Sequence record: NZ_CP029448.1
Reading direction: 5' to 3' (one strand)
Origin: a plasmid
DNA length: 64,000 nt
Positions 1 through 10,885 of this stretch are shown here, in pieces. The notes under the pieces were generated by a model. The model saw only the letters and a program-made list of their open reading frames with translations, was not told where the DNA came from and made no database searches. Position 1 is the first letter of the stretch; every line of letters begins with the position of its first letter. The position numbers were made by a program, and so were the translations under genes.

Positions 1-157
1 AGGAGAAAACGGTGCTGCCAGATGACCCGCAGACCCGGCGTCAGGAAGCGGCCGTTCAGCAGGTGGCCACAGAGAGCCTGCAGCGCGACCGTCTGCAGCA
101 GATGGAACGGGATATGGTTCGTGATCTCAGTCGTGAAAAAACGCTCGGGGGCGACTG
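1..157 (+). CDS. traI: Relaxase/helicase TraI, C-terminal end (partial, runs off the window start). The translation ends ...QQMERDMVRDLSREKTLGGD*, matching the F-plasmid TraI C-terminus.
   Basis: In-frame translation from position 3 to the TGA at 155-157. Strong similarity to the known F TraI tail (established knowledge of IncF tra operons). Confidence 0.6.
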
Positions 158-177
158 ACTCGCCTGCGGCTTGTCTG

Positions 178-218
178 CCCCGGCAGGGTGCCCGATTAAA
201 ATCGGGCACCCTGCCGGG
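178..218 (+). terminator. Perfect 18-bp stem (cccggcagggtgcccgat / atcgggcaccctgccggg) with an AAA loop between traI and traX. It is either a terminator-like hairpin or a protein-binding palindrome; no clear U-tract follows.
   Basis: Seen directly in the sequence. Confidence 0.4.
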
Positions 219-241
219 GCGCTGATAAAAGGAAAAGGAAG

Positions 242-961
242 ATGACAACATATGAAACCCGCCTCAACGCTGTCGATCGCTGGCTGCTGGGGCTGCTGAC
301 CTGGACGCCAGGACAGACGGATATCATCAAGACCGTCGCGCTGGTTCTGATGGTCATCGACCATACCGGTCTGTTGCTGGCCGGGAATAATGAGGTGATG
401 CGTCTGCTGGGGAGGGGCTGTTTTCCGCTGTTCGGGCTGGTCTGGGGGATGAATCTGGCCCGACATACTGAAATCCGCCAGTCTCAGCTGAACCAGCTCT
501 GGTGCTGGGCGTTGATCGCCCAGGGCTCCTTTATTCTCATCGGATACCCGTGGTACATGGGGAATATCCTGTTTAGCTTTGCGGTCACCGGTCAGGCGCT
601 GCGCTGGTTCAGTCTGCAGACCCGCAATGATATTCTGCTGGCGATCGCCATTGTCGTGGCCTGGCTCCCTCTGTCTGCCGACAGCTACGGTCTGGCCGGG
701 GTTTTTATGCTGATCAACAGCTGGCGACTGTGTCGGGCGAAAGAACCCGCAGAACGTATCGGGTATGGCGTGCTGTGGGCCGTCATGGTGTTGCTGATGA
801 ATGCCCATGATATTACCCAGGCCATCGCCGGCCTGATGGTCGCCTTGCTGGCCCTGGCGGTCTGTTCTGACATCGGTCGTTCTGTTCGGCGCTTCTGGCC
901 GCGGCATTTCTTCGTGATGTTCTATGCCGTACATCTGGCGGTGCTGGGGATTGTTGTCTAA
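242..961 (+). CDS. traX: F-pilin acetylase TraX (polytopic membrane protein).
   Basis: 239-aa hydrophobic ORF. The N-terminus and the VALVLMVIDH motif resemble F TraX. The gene order traI-traX-finO is canonical for IncF. Confidence 0.75.
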   Translation: MTTYETRLNAVDRWLLGLLTWTPGQTDIIKTVALVLMVIDHTGLLLAGNNEVMRLLGRGCFPLFGLVWGMNLARHTEIRQSQLNQLWCWALIAQGSFILIGYPWYMGNILFSFAVTGQALRWFSLQTRNDILLAIAIVVAWLPLSADSYGLAGVFMLINSWRLCRAKEPAERIGYGVLWAVMVLLMNAHDITQAIAGLMVALLALAVCSDIGRSVRRFWPRHFFVMFYAVHLAVLGIVV

Positions 962-1121
962 ATGTAAAAAAAACCGGACAGAGGTCCAAGGAGCAGAAAT
1001 AGTGCCCGCAACTGTGACAAAGGGAACATCATCGCCGTGTCCACAGTTTCCTGAGATGAAACGATGATGCCGTTAGCGTATCGTATACGTCAGACCTGAT
1101 GCTTTATTGATATGGCCCCTT

Positions 1122-1715
1122 ATGAGTGAAGAAAAACGTCCTGTACTGAGCCTGAAACGAAAACCCGCGGCAGACAGTGCTGCCCCCACCAGTGATACGG
1201 CCACTCCTGGTGTGGTACGCCGAAAAAAGGTCGTGGTGGTGTCGGCGCCGCCCGCCTGGAAGGTCAAGAAAGAAAAGCTTGAACGTGCGAAACAGGCCGC
1301 GGAAGCCGCCGCGCGTCAGGCTGAGCCCGTACCGGTCAAGGCAACAAAGGCTCCCCCTCCGGTGCGCTATCTTCGGCTGTTGCCGCCAGAGCAGGCGATC
1401 ATGACCCTGAAGGTGTTCTGGCCACAGCTGTTCGATGGCAACTCGCCACGTCTGCTGGCCACGGGAATGCGTGAACAGCTGCTTGCCGATATTGCGAGTC
1501 GTGATCTGCCGCTGTCGCATAAACAGGTGATTAAGTGCCTGAAAAGCCTGACCCGGTCTGCAGGTTATCTGTCCCGAATGCGGGAAGGTGCCTCCCGCTA
1601 TGACCTGCAGGGGAATGTGGTGGCTACGGTCACTGCTGATGAAGCGCACTACGCCAGTGAGCGCATGATGAAAGAGCTGTTACGCGCTGAACGAAAGATG
1701 AGTCAGACCGTTTAA
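1122..1715 (+). CDS. finO: Fertility inhibition protein FinO (RNA chaperone).
   Basis: MSEEKRPVLSLKRKP... with WKVKKEKLE, LKVFWPQLFDGNSPRLLA and IPLSHKQV are all near-identical to IncF FinO. ATG at 1122; the ORF track extends to a TTG at 1107. Confidence 0.85.
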   Translation: MSEEKRPVLSLKRKPAADSAAPTSDTATPGVVRRKKVVVVSAPPAWKVKKEKLERAKQAAEAAARQAEPVPVKATKAPPPVRYLRLLPPEQAIMTLKVFWPQLFDGNSPRLLATGMREQLLADIASRDLPLSHKQVIKCLKSLTRSAGYLSRMREGASRYDLQGNVVATVTADEAHYASERMMKELLRAERKMSQTV

Positions 1716-1827
1716 TTCATTTCCTGCCACAACAGTATTCATCGTTCTACAACCTCTCCGCTAAAGACTTAACGGCTTTAGCGGACGAACTTATTTTATC
1801 CATGCTTAACCTGTTAAAGGAATAAAA

Positions 1828-2619
1828 ATGAAATTCAGATTCGGATTGTATTTTCTGCTCCCATTTATTTCAGTTGTCGTTTTGAATACCAGTTTTGCTC
1901 AGGATAATGCACCTGATAAAACGTTTTCCGTTACCCAGGAGAAAAGAATTGGAGAAATCGCAGCGGATTATCTGCGTGCTCATCCCGAGATACTTATTCA
2001 GATGAGCGAGACACTTCAGCAGGAGCAGGAGGCGAAACAGACTCGCGGTTTTAAATCCGCAGCACTGGAACAACAGGGAAACATTCTGGGTAATAAAAAT
2101 ATCCCCTCCTGGGGGCCCGGGGACGGAAAGGTGATGGTGGTTGAATTCTTTGACTACCAGTGCATCTGGTGCAGCCGCTTCGCGCCGGAACTGGAGAAGG
2201 TCATCAGGAGTAACCAGGATGTGCGCTATTTCTTTATGGAGTGGCCGGTCTTCGGGAGCCGATGGCCGGTTTCATTACTGGCAGCCAAAACCGGTCTGCT
2301 GGTCTGGAAGGAAAAGGGGCCGGAGGCATATCTGGCATACCATAACGGTATTTATGCGACCGGATTAATTGAAGGCAGGCTGACCAAAGAGACAGTCACG
2401 AAAACATCAGGTGATATTCAGTTCAGACAGGATACCATTGATGAAGTTAATACCACGCTGAAAAATATTAAAGACATCGCCACGGCAACGGGATTAACCG
2501 GTACGCCGGGTATTATTGTGATGCCGGTGAAGGGCGCGACGGAAGAAAATACCACGGTATTTTCCGGAATGACGGAGTCGGAAAGTCTTCAGGCGGCAAT
2601 AAATAAATCCCGTCACTAA
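1828..2619 (+). CDS. Periplasmic thiol:disulfide interchange protein with a thioredoxin fold, of the DsbA/DsbG-like family.
   Basis: Signal-peptide-like N-terminus. The CxxC active site lies in the FDYQCIWCSRFAPELEKV motif. Confidence 0.7.
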   Translation: MKFRFGLYFLLPFISVVVLNTSFAQDNAPDKTFSVTQEKRIGEIAADYLRAHPEILIQMSETLQQEQEAKQTRGFKSAALEQQGNILGNKNIPSWGPGDGKVMVVEFFDYQCIWCSRFAPELEKVIRSNQDVRYFFMEWPVFGSRWPVSLLAAKTGLLVWKEKGPEAYLAYHNGIYATGLIEGRLTKETVTKTSGDIQFRQDTIDEVNTTLKNIKDIATATGLTGTPGIIVMPVKGATEENTTVFSGMTESESLQAAINKSRH

Positions 2620-2658
2620 CACCTCCTTTTAAATCCGTCTTATTAAAGGACTGAATTT

Positions 2659-2964
2659 ATGTTCAGCTATTTTATTTTACGCATTGAGAAGCAATTATTC
2701 TGTTATTTGTATGGGGGCATGCTGGCGCTGTTTCTGATACTCCTGTCTCCGTTTTTTTTCACAGGAGGGGGACTGCTCCTGGTGATGCTGTCAGTTGCGT
2801 TGTTCTGGGGCGGGCTGGCCCTGTATACGCGGCATACTGACCGGATGAGAAAGCCTGACGTTTCTCCACTCGTCAGTGTCCGGGATGGTATCCAGGTGGT
2901 GCCCGAGCCGCCAGATGATGATGGGGTCAGTTTGGATATCGAAAATTATTGTACGTTAAGGTGA
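2659..2964 (+). CDS. Small hypothetical membrane protein. Its last ~13 codons are encoded by the Tn3-family inverted repeat (...[13 protein letters not shown]), so the native C-terminus was probably replaced by the transposon insertion.
   Basis: Two hydrophobic segments. The reading frame runs into the 39-bp inverted repeat at 2923..2961. Confidence 0.3.
   Translation: MFSYFILRIEKQLFCYLYGGMLALFLILLSPFFFTGGGLLLVMLSVALFWGGLALYTRHTDRMRKPDVSPLVSVRDGIQVVPEPPDDDGVSLDIENYCTLR
2923..2961 (+). repeat. Terminal inverted repeat of an unnamed Tn3-family element (GGGGTCAGTTTGGATATCGAAAATTATTGTACGTTAAGG).
   Basis: It is the reverse complement of 9030..9068 and is near-identical to 18024..18060 and to 21135..21173 (reverse complement). 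It has the GGGG...TAAG architecture typical of the Tn3 family. Confidence 0.7.
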
Positions 2965-3251
2965 TTTTTTGTACCTCTGAGCTGTGGTAGAGCTTGACCA
3001 CTTTGACAGGCAGCTTTGAGCGAGATATAGTCATTCGTACCCTGAGAATTACACTTTGAAGTGATTCAGGGTATGCGCTTACTGGTTACGAATATTGAGC
3101 GAGAATCATGTGATGATCGCCGCTTTTCTTTCGAGCCAGTAGGTGCTCCACGTTCGCTAACGAATACTCAGGGCATGCAGATAAACTGCTGGCTATATTT
3201 CTTTCGAAGAGCGTGGAATGCATACCAATCCCCGATAAAAAGGAGTTGGTG

Positions 3252-4490
3252 ATGACTGTGACTAATCAATTTGCTGCGCACGTTGGTCTGGACTGGGCTG
3301 ATAAAAAACACGATGTCTGTGTTCAGTTTAAAAACTGTGAACGCGTATTCGATGTGATTGAACATACAGCAGAAGCGCTTGATGCCTGGCTTACTGAGTT
3401 ACACCAGAAAGTAAAAGGTAGAATCGCAATAGCTCTCGAACTGAAGAAGGGCCCCGTGGTATATGCTCTTCAAAAATACCCCTTTATCACCGTTTTCCCC
3501 GTCCACGCATTGTCCCTGGCTCGTTATCGGCAAGCCTTCTCGCCCAGCGGCGCTAAAGATGATCCGCAGGATGCCGAGCTGGCATTAGAGTTAATGCTGC
3601 GTTACCCCCAGAAGATAAAAGCTATTGAACCCGACAATGCGGATATTCGCTTACTTCAGCAACTGGTTGAGCAACGTCGTCAGTTGGTTGAAGATAAACG
3701 ACGCTTTGTGAACCGGATAATCAACACGCTTAAACAGTATTATCCTCAGCCACTGGAGTGGTTCTCACATCGGGGTAGCTTACTGTTGTGTGAGCTGATT
3801 ATCCGGTGGCCCAGTCTGCAACAACTGAAACGAGCCAGACGCGACACGATCCGCAACTTTCTGAATGCCAAAGGTGGTCGCGCTATGGCCCTTACCGAGC
3901 AACGTGTTGCGAGTATTGATAATGCGATCCCATTGACTACAGACCCGAGTGTTATAGAGGCTAATGCTTTGATGGCAGCAGCACTGGCGACACAAATTAA
4001 AGTCGTGAGTGAAATCATCAAAACCTATGACGAACGAATCGAAACGCTGTTTGACACATTGCCAGATGCGGGGCTGTTCAAATCACTTCCGGGCATGGGA
4101 CCGTGCATGGGCCCACGGATGCTTGCTGCACTTGGTGATAACCGTGACCGGTTTAACAGCGCTGAAGAAATTCAAAACTACGCAGGTATAGCACCGGTGA
4201 CCGAACGAAGCGGCCAAAAATCCTGGGTTCACTGGCGATGGCAATGTGCCAAGTTCGTCAGGCAGACCTTTGTTGAATGGGCTGCCAAGACGGTTAATTC
4301 ATCATACTGGGCCAAACTGTATTATCAGGGCCTCAGAGAAAAGGGCAAATCTCATCAGTCTGCGATCCGGGCACTGGCGTTCAAATGGATAAGGATCATT
4401 TACCGCTGCTGGAAGGCCAGAACCTGTTATGACGAAGCGAAATATTTGCTGGCTCTCGAAGCGAGACACTCGCCCTTACTGAAGCCATAA
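3252..4490 (+). CDS. IS110-family transposase (412 aa from the ATG at 3252, with an AAGGAG ribosome-binding site 7 nt upstream).
   Basis: N-terminal DEDD-type segment (HVGLDWADKKHDVCV) and an IS110-family C-terminal domain. The element's right end is near 4537, as delimited by homology to the remnant at 10871..11340. Its left end is unresolved. Confidence 0.8.
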   Translation: MTVTNQFAAHVGLDWADKKHDVCVQFKNCERVFDVIEHTAEALDAWLTELHQKVKGRIAIALELKKGPVVYALQKYPFITVFPVHALSLARYRQAFSPSGAKDDPQDAELALELMLRYPQKIKAIEPDNADIRLLQQLVEQRRQLVEDKRRFVNRIINTLKQYYPQPLEWFSHRGSLLLCELIIRWPSLQQLKRARRDTIRNFLNAKGGRAMALTEQRVASIDNAIPLTTDPSVIEANALMAAALATQIKVVSEIIKTYDERIETLFDTLPDAGLFKSLPGMGPCMGPRMLAALGDNRDRFNSAEEIQNYAGIAPVTERSGQKSWVHWRWQCAKFVRQTFVEWAAKTVNSSYWAKLYYQGLREKGKSHQSAIRALAFKWIRIIYRCWKARTCYDEAKYLLALEARHSPLLKP

Positions 4491-4926
4491 AAAGCTTGTC
4501 GAATGTCTCAGGGCGTGAAGCGGACATTGCAGACTGCCCAGTAGAAAAAGTGCTATCAGAATTATCTAAAGGAAGATCGTATTTACCATGTCTCATTCTA
4601 ACTGTTTAATAAATTACAAAAATTAAAATTTCCATTTAATATCATCGCGTTAAGCAAGAGAATTAAACCTCTCATTTAATTTATGATTCTTATTTAATTC
4701 ATGAGTTGGTGTAAAAATAGGTTGCCGCACTATAGAAAGACACATATTTAAACCCAGCAGGAAATCATATTTGAAAGTAATGTGTTTAAGGGGCTGCGTA
4801 ACAAGAACAGCAAGTAAACACATAGTAATAACAGTTACCATTCCCATTTCGCAAGTGGCCATATCAGAGGTGAACTAATGCCTGCTGCAATTTTAAGAAT
4901 TAAGGTTATCCTAATAATTCTTTTGT

Positions 4927-5538
4927 ATGATTAAGATCATCGATAAATTTACTAAGGACTCATTAATGAAATTGCGACTCTGGAATCTATTACCCCATGA
5001 TTACGCTCCTTTTTTTCGTATTCTTCACATCATTGTGGCATTTCTAATATTATCACAAATTATTAACTCTAATCTGACAGAGACCGAAGCAATTGGTGAA
5101 CATAGTCTTGAAGGAGTTATAACCTGGATGCACATTATTTCAGGGTTAGGACTGATTATTTGTGGTTTTATTATGTTAAGTTGGATGCTTACTCAAAGAG
5201 GTTTTACTTATTATTTTTCATGGGTAGGGCTTGACTTTAGTGGTATTAAGCAAGATATAAAAACGTTGACTAGTTTCCGACTGCCCGATGCACATTCGGG
5301 AGGTATTGCCAGTACAATCCAAGGATTTGGAGTTCTAGCATTGCTAATTGTAGCACTTTCAGGTGGCCTATGGTTCTTGTTGAATACCATGCAGTCAAAT
5401 CTGGCTGAAACAGTAATCCACTGGCATAAGTTCTTTACTACTTTCATTGAGGTCTATTTTTATGCACATGGTGCAATGGGAGTTTTGCATATTTTAATTG
5501 AAAAATATAAAAGCCGCTCAGTTAACCTAAGTGACTAA
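4927..5538 (+). CDS. Hypothetical polytopic membrane protein, possibly of the cytochrome b561 family (conserved His residues in transmembrane helices). AT-rich gene.
   Basis: 4-5 predicted transmembrane helices with His in HIIVAF, WMHIISG and HWHKFF...YAHGAMGVLHI. This is only weak family recognition. Confidence 0.35.
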   Translation: MIKIIDKFTKDSLMKLRLWNLLPHDYAPFFRILHIIVAFLILSQIINSNLTETEAIGEHSLEGVITWMHIISGLGLIICGFIMLSWMLTQRGFTYYFSWVGLDFSGIKQDIKTLTSFRLPDAHSGGIASTIQGFGVLALLIVALSGGLWFLLNTMQSNLAETVIHWHKFFTTFIEVYFYAHGAMGVLHILIEKYKSRSVNLSD

Positions 5539-5737
5539 TCTGTTGTGAGATAATATTACTTCAAGTTGAAGAAAACCCTAAAAATAAAATTTAGTTTACT
5601 AGAAGATGAAACAGCACTTGCAGAGACTTTTTAATTAAATTTAATAAAAACGAAAAAATATTCATGGCGAAATGATTGTTTAATTATCTATCATGGATAG
5701 AAATGTGAGTTAGTCGTCCTATTTTAGGAAGTTAATA

Positions 5738-6661
5738 ATGACTAAAACAAAAGGGTTACCTCGTCCGCTGACGCACTACGCTTGGCTTTCCATTGCCACG
5801 GCTATTGCCACTATCGGACTCAAAGGTGTGGCGTGGAAAATGACCGGTTCGGTCGGTCTGCTATCTGATGCCATCGAATCCGTAGTTAACCTCGCAGGAG
5901 CCCTAATGGCGCTCTGGATGCTGACCTTGGCTGCGCTTCCGGCCGATGAGAACCATGCATATGGGCACGGCAAAGCCGAATATTTCTCGAGTGCTTTCGA
6001 AGGATTTCTGATCCTATTGGCGGCAGCCAGTATCGCCTATACCGCAGTTGAGCGGATGTTAACTCCACAGCCGCTTGAGGAGATTGGTCTCGGATTACTG
6101 GTTTCAACAGTCGCATCAATCCTTAATTTTGTGACGGCTCGCATTTTGTTAAGGGCTGGCAGGCAGCACAACTCTATCACTCTTGAGGCAGATGCTCATC
6201 ACCTGCTGACCGATGTCTGGACGTCGGTCGGTGTCATTTTTGGTGTCGGACTGGTTTATCTGACCGGCTGGTTTTGGGTCGATCCGATCGTTGCATTGCT
6301 GGTCGCAGCCAACATCGTTTGGACTGGTTATCAGCTTATGAGTCGTTCAGCTGCAGGTCTGATGGACGTATCGCTACCCACGGAAGAACTCAAAAAAATC
6401 GAGTCACTGCTGGCAGGATATCGTGAACAGGGGCTTGATTTCCATGCACTACGTACACGCCAGGCTGGCGGGCGGGCGTTTATGACAATGCACATCCTAG
6501 TTCCTGGGCGATGGACTGTTCAATATGGGCACGACTGGGCCGAGCGTATAGAGAATGATATCCGCACCGCACTGCCTTTTATCCATATCACCACTCATGT
6601 GGAACCGTTGGAAGATCCCGCGTCAATGAACGACCAAACGCTCGACATTTCTGATCACTAA
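5738..6661 (+). CDS. Cation diffusion facilitator (CDF) family divalent-metal efflux transporter (CzcD/FieF-like).
   Basis: Six-transmembrane N-domain ([41 protein letters not shown]) plus a cytoplasmic C-terminal domain. Confidence 0.85.
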   Translation: MTKTKGLPRPLTHYAWLSIATAIATIGLKGVAWKMTGSVGLLSDAIESVVNLAGALMALWMLTLAALPADENHAYGHGKAEYFSSAFEGFLILLAAASIAYTAVERMLTPQPLEEIGLGLLVSTVASILNFVTARILLRAGRQHNSITLEADAHHLLTDVWTSVGVIFGVGLVYLTGWFWVDPIVALLVAANIVWTGYQLMSRSAAGLMDVSLPTEELKKIESLLAGYREQGLDFHALRTRQAGGRAFMTMHILVPGRWTVQYGHDWAERIENDIRTALPFIHITTHVEPLEDPASMNDQTLDISDH

Positions 6662-6931
6662 ACTAACCACATGTCGCTGGTCGGGCAGGGTAACAAACCT
6701 CGCTCTACAAAAATTTCAGGTATTCTCTATAATTCTGAGGGTACTTGATGTGACCTGCGCCCAATTGTTGGGCACGCAATATTTTTAAAAAGTCCGCTTC
6801 TGGCACACAGCGGACTTTCCTTACATAGATGATGCGTCAGGCTGCTAATCACAAAAGTTGTTACAGGGCGCTAACTATTAGGCCATGACTGCAAATAAAC
6901 ACCGTTATTCCAGCCTTTCAGGCAGTTTCAT

Positions 6932-7362
6932 TGTAAGCGCCCTTAAATCAGCATCTTTTAACTCGAGCTATCCAGTTTCACACTAATACCTATCTTTTTG
7001 AAAGGGGGTATTGGTTATGACTTCACAAGATCGCCAGCAATTCTGGCAGCAACATATTGATGCCTGGCAAGCATCGGATGCATCCGGTGCGGCTTTTTGT
7101 AAGCAGCGTGATTTGAATTACGCGCAGTTTAATTATTGGCGTAAAAAGTTTCGGGCAGAGGCTGTTGAAAAGCCTGCTGGTTTTGCTCAAGTGACACAAC
7201 TAGCAGCCCCGCTCAATGATTCTAATAATGAACTAGGCCTTCATTTGCCGAGTGGCATCAGTTTTTCGGGGATCAATCATAGCAATTTGGATGTCGTCTT
7301 AGCGCTGCTGAGGCAGTTGTAGTGAAAGTGCGCTATTTACGGCCAGCCAAGCAGATGCCGGT
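6932..7362 (+). mobile_element. IS66-family element fragment. It consists of the left terminus (GTAAGCGCCC...) and the first accessory ORF (7011..7322, 103 aa). It is truncated where the Tn3-family tnpA fragment begins.
   Basis: A GTAAGCGCCC terminus at 6932 is typical of IS66 inverted repeats. The ORF motif QQHIDAWQASDASGAAFCKQRDLNYAQFNYWRKKF resembles IS66-family orf1. There is no tnpB or tnpC downstream. Confidence 0.45.
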
Positions 7363-9045
7363 GAGTTTGTCCCTGAAAGCTGGCGCAAAGTGGTGATTAC
7401 ACCTGCGGGTATTGACCGGCAGTACTATGAATTTTGTGCGCTCAGCGAGCTTAAGGGTGCATTGCGCTCCGGGGACATCTGGGTTAAAGGCTCACGCCGC
7501 TACAAAAACTTTGATGATTACCTCATTCCCGAAAAGGACTTTGACAAACTCACACCGGCGCTGCCCCTGCCCGTATCTGCTGATTATCATGAGTACATTA
7601 CCAGCCGTAAGACTCTGCTTCAGTCCAGACTTGAAGAGGTCAATGCCATGGCTGCCCTTGGTGAGCTGCCCGATGTCGAAATATCTGACAGGGGAGTAAA
7701 AGTCTCTCCGCTGGATAACTGCGTCCCGGTACAGGTTTCACCGCTGGCAGAACTGGTTTACAGCATGCTACCGCGCCCTAAAATCACGGAAATTCTCGAT
7801 GAGGTAAACAGCTGGACGGCGTTTACCCGACATTTTTCGCATATAAAAAATGACATTACCCGTCCCGATACCCGCCAGCTCCTCACCACCATCCTTGCGG
7901 ATGGCATCAATCTTGGCCTGACCAAAATGGCGGAAGCCTGCCCCGGAAGCACCAAATCATCACTGGAAGATATCCAGGCATGGTACATCCGCGACGAAAC
8001 CTATTCAGCCGCCCTCGCAGAGCTGGTAAACGCGCAGGGGAAAAGACCACTGGCGGCATTCTGGGGAGACGGGACAACGTCATCATCAGATGGACAGAAT
8101 TTCAGAACAGGCAGCTCAGGCCGCTACGCAGGGCAGGTTAACCCGAAATATGGGCAAGAGCCTGGACGTCAGTTTTATACCCATATTTCGGATCAATACA
8201 GCCCGTTTTACACCTGCATAATCAGCCGGGTCAGGGATTCAACCCATGTGCTCGATGGCTTGCTGTACCACGAAAGCGACCTGGAAATCAGGGAGCATTA
8301 CACCGATACCGCTGGTTTCACCGATCATGTCTTTGCCCTGATGCATCTGCTGGGATTTGCGTTCTGTCCGCGGATCAGGGATCTCCACGACAAAAAGCTG
8401 TTTATCAAAGGGAAAGCAGACCAATACCCGGCGCTTCAGTCACTGATATCAACGACCAGCCTGAATCTGAAAGAGATCGAAATTCACTGGCGTGAAGTAC
8501 TTCGTCTGGCCACTTCAATAAAGCAGGGAACCGTGACGGCATCCCTGATGTTGAAAAAGCTTGCCAGCTACCCCAAACAAAACGGACTTGCCAAAGCACT
8601 GAGGGAAATTGGTCGTATTGAACGAACTCTGTTTATGCTCGACTGGTTCCGCGATCCGGCACTTCGTCGGCGGGTACAGGCGGGACTGAATAAAGGAGAA
8701 GCCCGTAACGCGCTGGCGCGTGCGGTATTCCTACACCGGCTGGGTGAAATCAGGGACAGAAAACCGGAAAATCAGAGCTATCGCGCCAGTGGACTGACGC
8801 TGCTGACGGCTGCCATATCCCTGTGGAATACCGTCTATATGGAAAGAGCGGTCGATGCCCTGAAGCGCAAAGGGGTGAAGATCAACGAGCAACTGCTGTC
8901 GCATTTGTCCCCGTTAGGCTGGGAACACATCAATCTGACAGGCGATTATATCTGGAAAAGCAACCGGATACCGGCTTCCGGTAAGTTTCGTCGGCTGAGA
9001 CCAGCTAAAGTCGAAAGGTCAAAAAATAGCCTTAACGTACAATAA
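7363..9045 (+). pseudogene. tnpA: Tn3-family transposase gene, 3' portion only. It corresponds to roughly residues 445-996 of the full copy at 18163..21150 (~97% nucleotide identity).
   Basis: Direct alignment to 19468..21150 within this window. There is no N-terminal half, and the homology starts abruptly at 7363. Confidence 0.85.
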
Positions 9046-9068
9046 TTTTCGATATCCAAACTGACCCC
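9030..9068 (-). repeat. Right terminal inverted repeat of the defective Tn3-family unit, overlapping the tnpA stop.
   Basis: Reverse complement of the inverted repeat at 2923..2961. Confidence 0.7.
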
Positions 9069-9355
9069 ATTTTGGCTGACAAACCAGCTCGTATCTCCTC
9101 GCGCTCAGACAGTGTCAGGTGAGCTACAGCCCGCTTACGCTCATGGGGTTTTATGCCGCCAGTATCCCTTAACATAGTGAAGATCGTTCCGGGTTTTGAA
9201 CCCAGGATATTCGCTATTTCACTGAAGCCTGTTCCGTTCTTCCATAGTTCAAAAACAGAGGCTTTTTCCTCTGCTGTAAATGTTCGTCTCATTCAAAAAA
9301 CCTCCGCAACCCCATGTTTTCACATAACTGTTGCGTTGACCAATTGAATCTACAA
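9069..9355 (-). mobile_element. IS30 left-end fragment. It holds the IS30 left inverted repeat (9311..9355) and the first ~75 codons of the IS30 transposase (9069..9292), cut off by the Tn3-family inverted repeat.
   Basis: MRRTFTAEEKASVFELWKNGTGFSEIANILGSKPGTIFTMLRDTGGIKPHERKRAVAHLTLSEREEIRAGLSAKM is identical to the IS30 transposase N-terminus. The inverted repeat TGTAGATTCAATTGGTCAACGCAACAGTTATGTGAAAACATGGGG is present. Confidence 0.75.
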
Positions 9356-9371
9356 TCATGTTTTTTATGGT

Positions 9372-9626
9372 GTGAGATTAAGTGAGATTCTTTTTCCTAC
9401 CAGTGAATATGGCACAGATGCTTTCTTTAAAGAATTTGAATTAATTAACAGTGTAATACTTCCATTAGTAATATTTGATTTTATAGACCGAAAGCCGATC
9501 ATGGTTATCGGCTTTGAGGAAGTGCCTGGGATTGATTCACTTATTGACTCTGGTATGGAAGTTGTTTTGTTAGATGGTTTAAGCGATCTGCTACTGGTTG
9601 AAAAACTGATGCCATTGTTTGATTAA
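9372..9626 (+). CDS. Small acidic hypothetical protein (84 aa) in an AT-rich stretch.
   Basis: ORF only; no recognisable family. Confidence 0.2.
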   Translation: MRLSEILFPTSEYGTDAFFKEFELINSVILPLVIFDFIDRKPIMVIGFEEVPGIDSLIDSGMEVVLLDGLSDLLLVEKLMPLFD

Positions 9627-10178
9627 ATCCCTGGAAATACATGTTACCCATTCGTATTAATGCATTTTACACGAACGATGTTTATTCCATTTACCTGTTT
9701 TCATAACTTCTCCCCTACGGAGAACTAACCAAACTGATCTGCATCTATGATCTTAATTATATAAAATTTGGGGGGCGTGATTCTAATGTCCTCATTGTAT
9801 TGGTAACAATCTTTTTTTCATCGTTTTTATTTTGATATTTAATATTGCTCTCAATTGATTTTTACCATTTCTTCATTCAATGATATGAGCGTCAAATTGA
9901 TTAGATAATGGTGATTTTTACCCTCTATCATCAAAGCTTGTGAAGCTATTAATATACAAAAAATTTTCAGTCGTTTTTCTATTGTCTCACATATTTTTAA
10001 GAGAGAATCTGTATGCTGTTCGCCATTCACTTATGTAGGCCACTTCGTACTAATCGCTTCAATCTAAAGAACTTCACTTTTCCTTAGCGTTTGTTATCGC
10101 AGAAATTCCCACGGAACCCCTAAGACGGTAAAAGGGGTGCCGGCGTACAATCCCTAAAAGATATTAAACGAAATTTTG

Positions 10179-10870
10179 GGTAATGACTCCAACTTACTGA
10201 TAGTGTTTTATGTTCAGATAATGCCCGATGACCTTGTCATGCAGCTCCACCGATTTTGAGAACGACAGTGACTTCCGTCCCAGCCTTGCCAGATGTTGTC
10301 TCAGATTCAGATTATGTCGCTCAATGCGCTGAGTGTAACGCTTGCTGATAACGTGCAGCTTTCCCTTCAGGCGTGATTCATACAGCGGCCAGCCATCCGT
10401 CATCCATACCACGACCTCAAAGGCCGACAGCAGGCTCAGAAGACGCTCCAGTGTGGCCAGAGTGCGTTCACCGAAGACGTGCGCAACAACCGTCCTCCGT
10501 ATCCTGTCATACGCGTAAAACAGCCAGCGCTGACGTGATTTAGCACCGACGTAGCCCCACTGTTCGTCCATTTCAGCGCAGACAATCACATCACTGTCCG
10601 GTTGTATGCGCGAGGTTACCGACTGCGGCCTGAGTTTTTTAAGTGACGTAAAACCGTGTTGAGGCCAACGCCCATAATGCGTGCACTGGCGCGACATCCG
10701 ACGCCATTCATGGCCATATCAATGATTTTCTGGTGCGTACCGGGCTGAGAGGCGGTGTAAGTGAACTGTAGTTGCCATGTTTTACGGCAATGAGAGCAGA
10801 GATAGCGCTGATGTCCGGCAGTGCTTTTGCCGTTACGCACCACGCCTTCAGTAGCGGAGCAGGATGAATC
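10179..10870 (-). mobile_element. IS1 copy that is 5'-truncated. It retains the right inverted repeat, insB and most of insA, but has lost its left inverted repeat; the first ~12 codons of insA are replaced.
   Basis: GGTAATGACTCCAACTTA inverted repeat at 10179. InsB (10194..10697) and InsA' (10616..10885) translations match IS1. The IS1 homology ends near 10870, where an IS110-family remnant begins. Confidence 0.85.
10194..10697 (-). CDS. insB: IS1 InsB.
   Basis: 167-aa translation identical in pattern to IS1 InsB (…[70 protein letters not shown]). Confidence 0.9.
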   Translation of the reverse strand: MSRQCTHYGRWPQHGFTSLKKLRPQSVTSRIQPDSDVIVCAEMDEQWGYVGAKSRQRWLFYAYDRIRRTVVAHVFGERTLATLERLLSLLSAFEVVVWMTDGWPLYESRLKGKLHVISKRYTQRIERHNLNLRQHLARLGRKSLSFSKSVELHDKVIGHYLNIKHYQ

Positions 10871-10885
10871 GCCAGAAGTACCCAT
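10616..10885 (-). CDS. insA: IS1 InsA with an altered N-terminus ([14 protein letters not shown]... instead of [16 protein letters not shown]...).
   Basis: Zn-finger/HTH InsA sequence. The 5' end is replaced at the truncation point. Confidence 0.7.
   Translation of the reverse strand: MGTSGDSSCSATEGVVRNGKSTAGHQRYLCSHCRKTWQLQFTYTASQPGTHQKIIDMAMNGVGCRASARIMGVGLNTVLRHLKNSGRSR

Larger units (their letters stand above)
2923..9068 (+). mobile_element. Defective Tn3-family transposon-like unit. Its two matching inverted repeats enclose an IS110-family insertion, passenger genes (cytochrome b561-like, CDF transporter), an IS66-family fragment and only the 3' half of tnpA. No 5-bp target-site duplication.
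   Basis: The inverted repeats at 2923..2961 and 9030..9068. The tnpA 3' fragment is near-identical to the full copy at 18163..21150. The flanks (atgat / atttt) do not match. Confidence 0.5.

Noticed and set aside
56-934. 292-aa minus-strand ORF overlapping traX
   Set aside because: It is antisense to a well-supported traX gene, with a low-complexity Q/P/G/H-rich translation. A typical GC-frame artefact.
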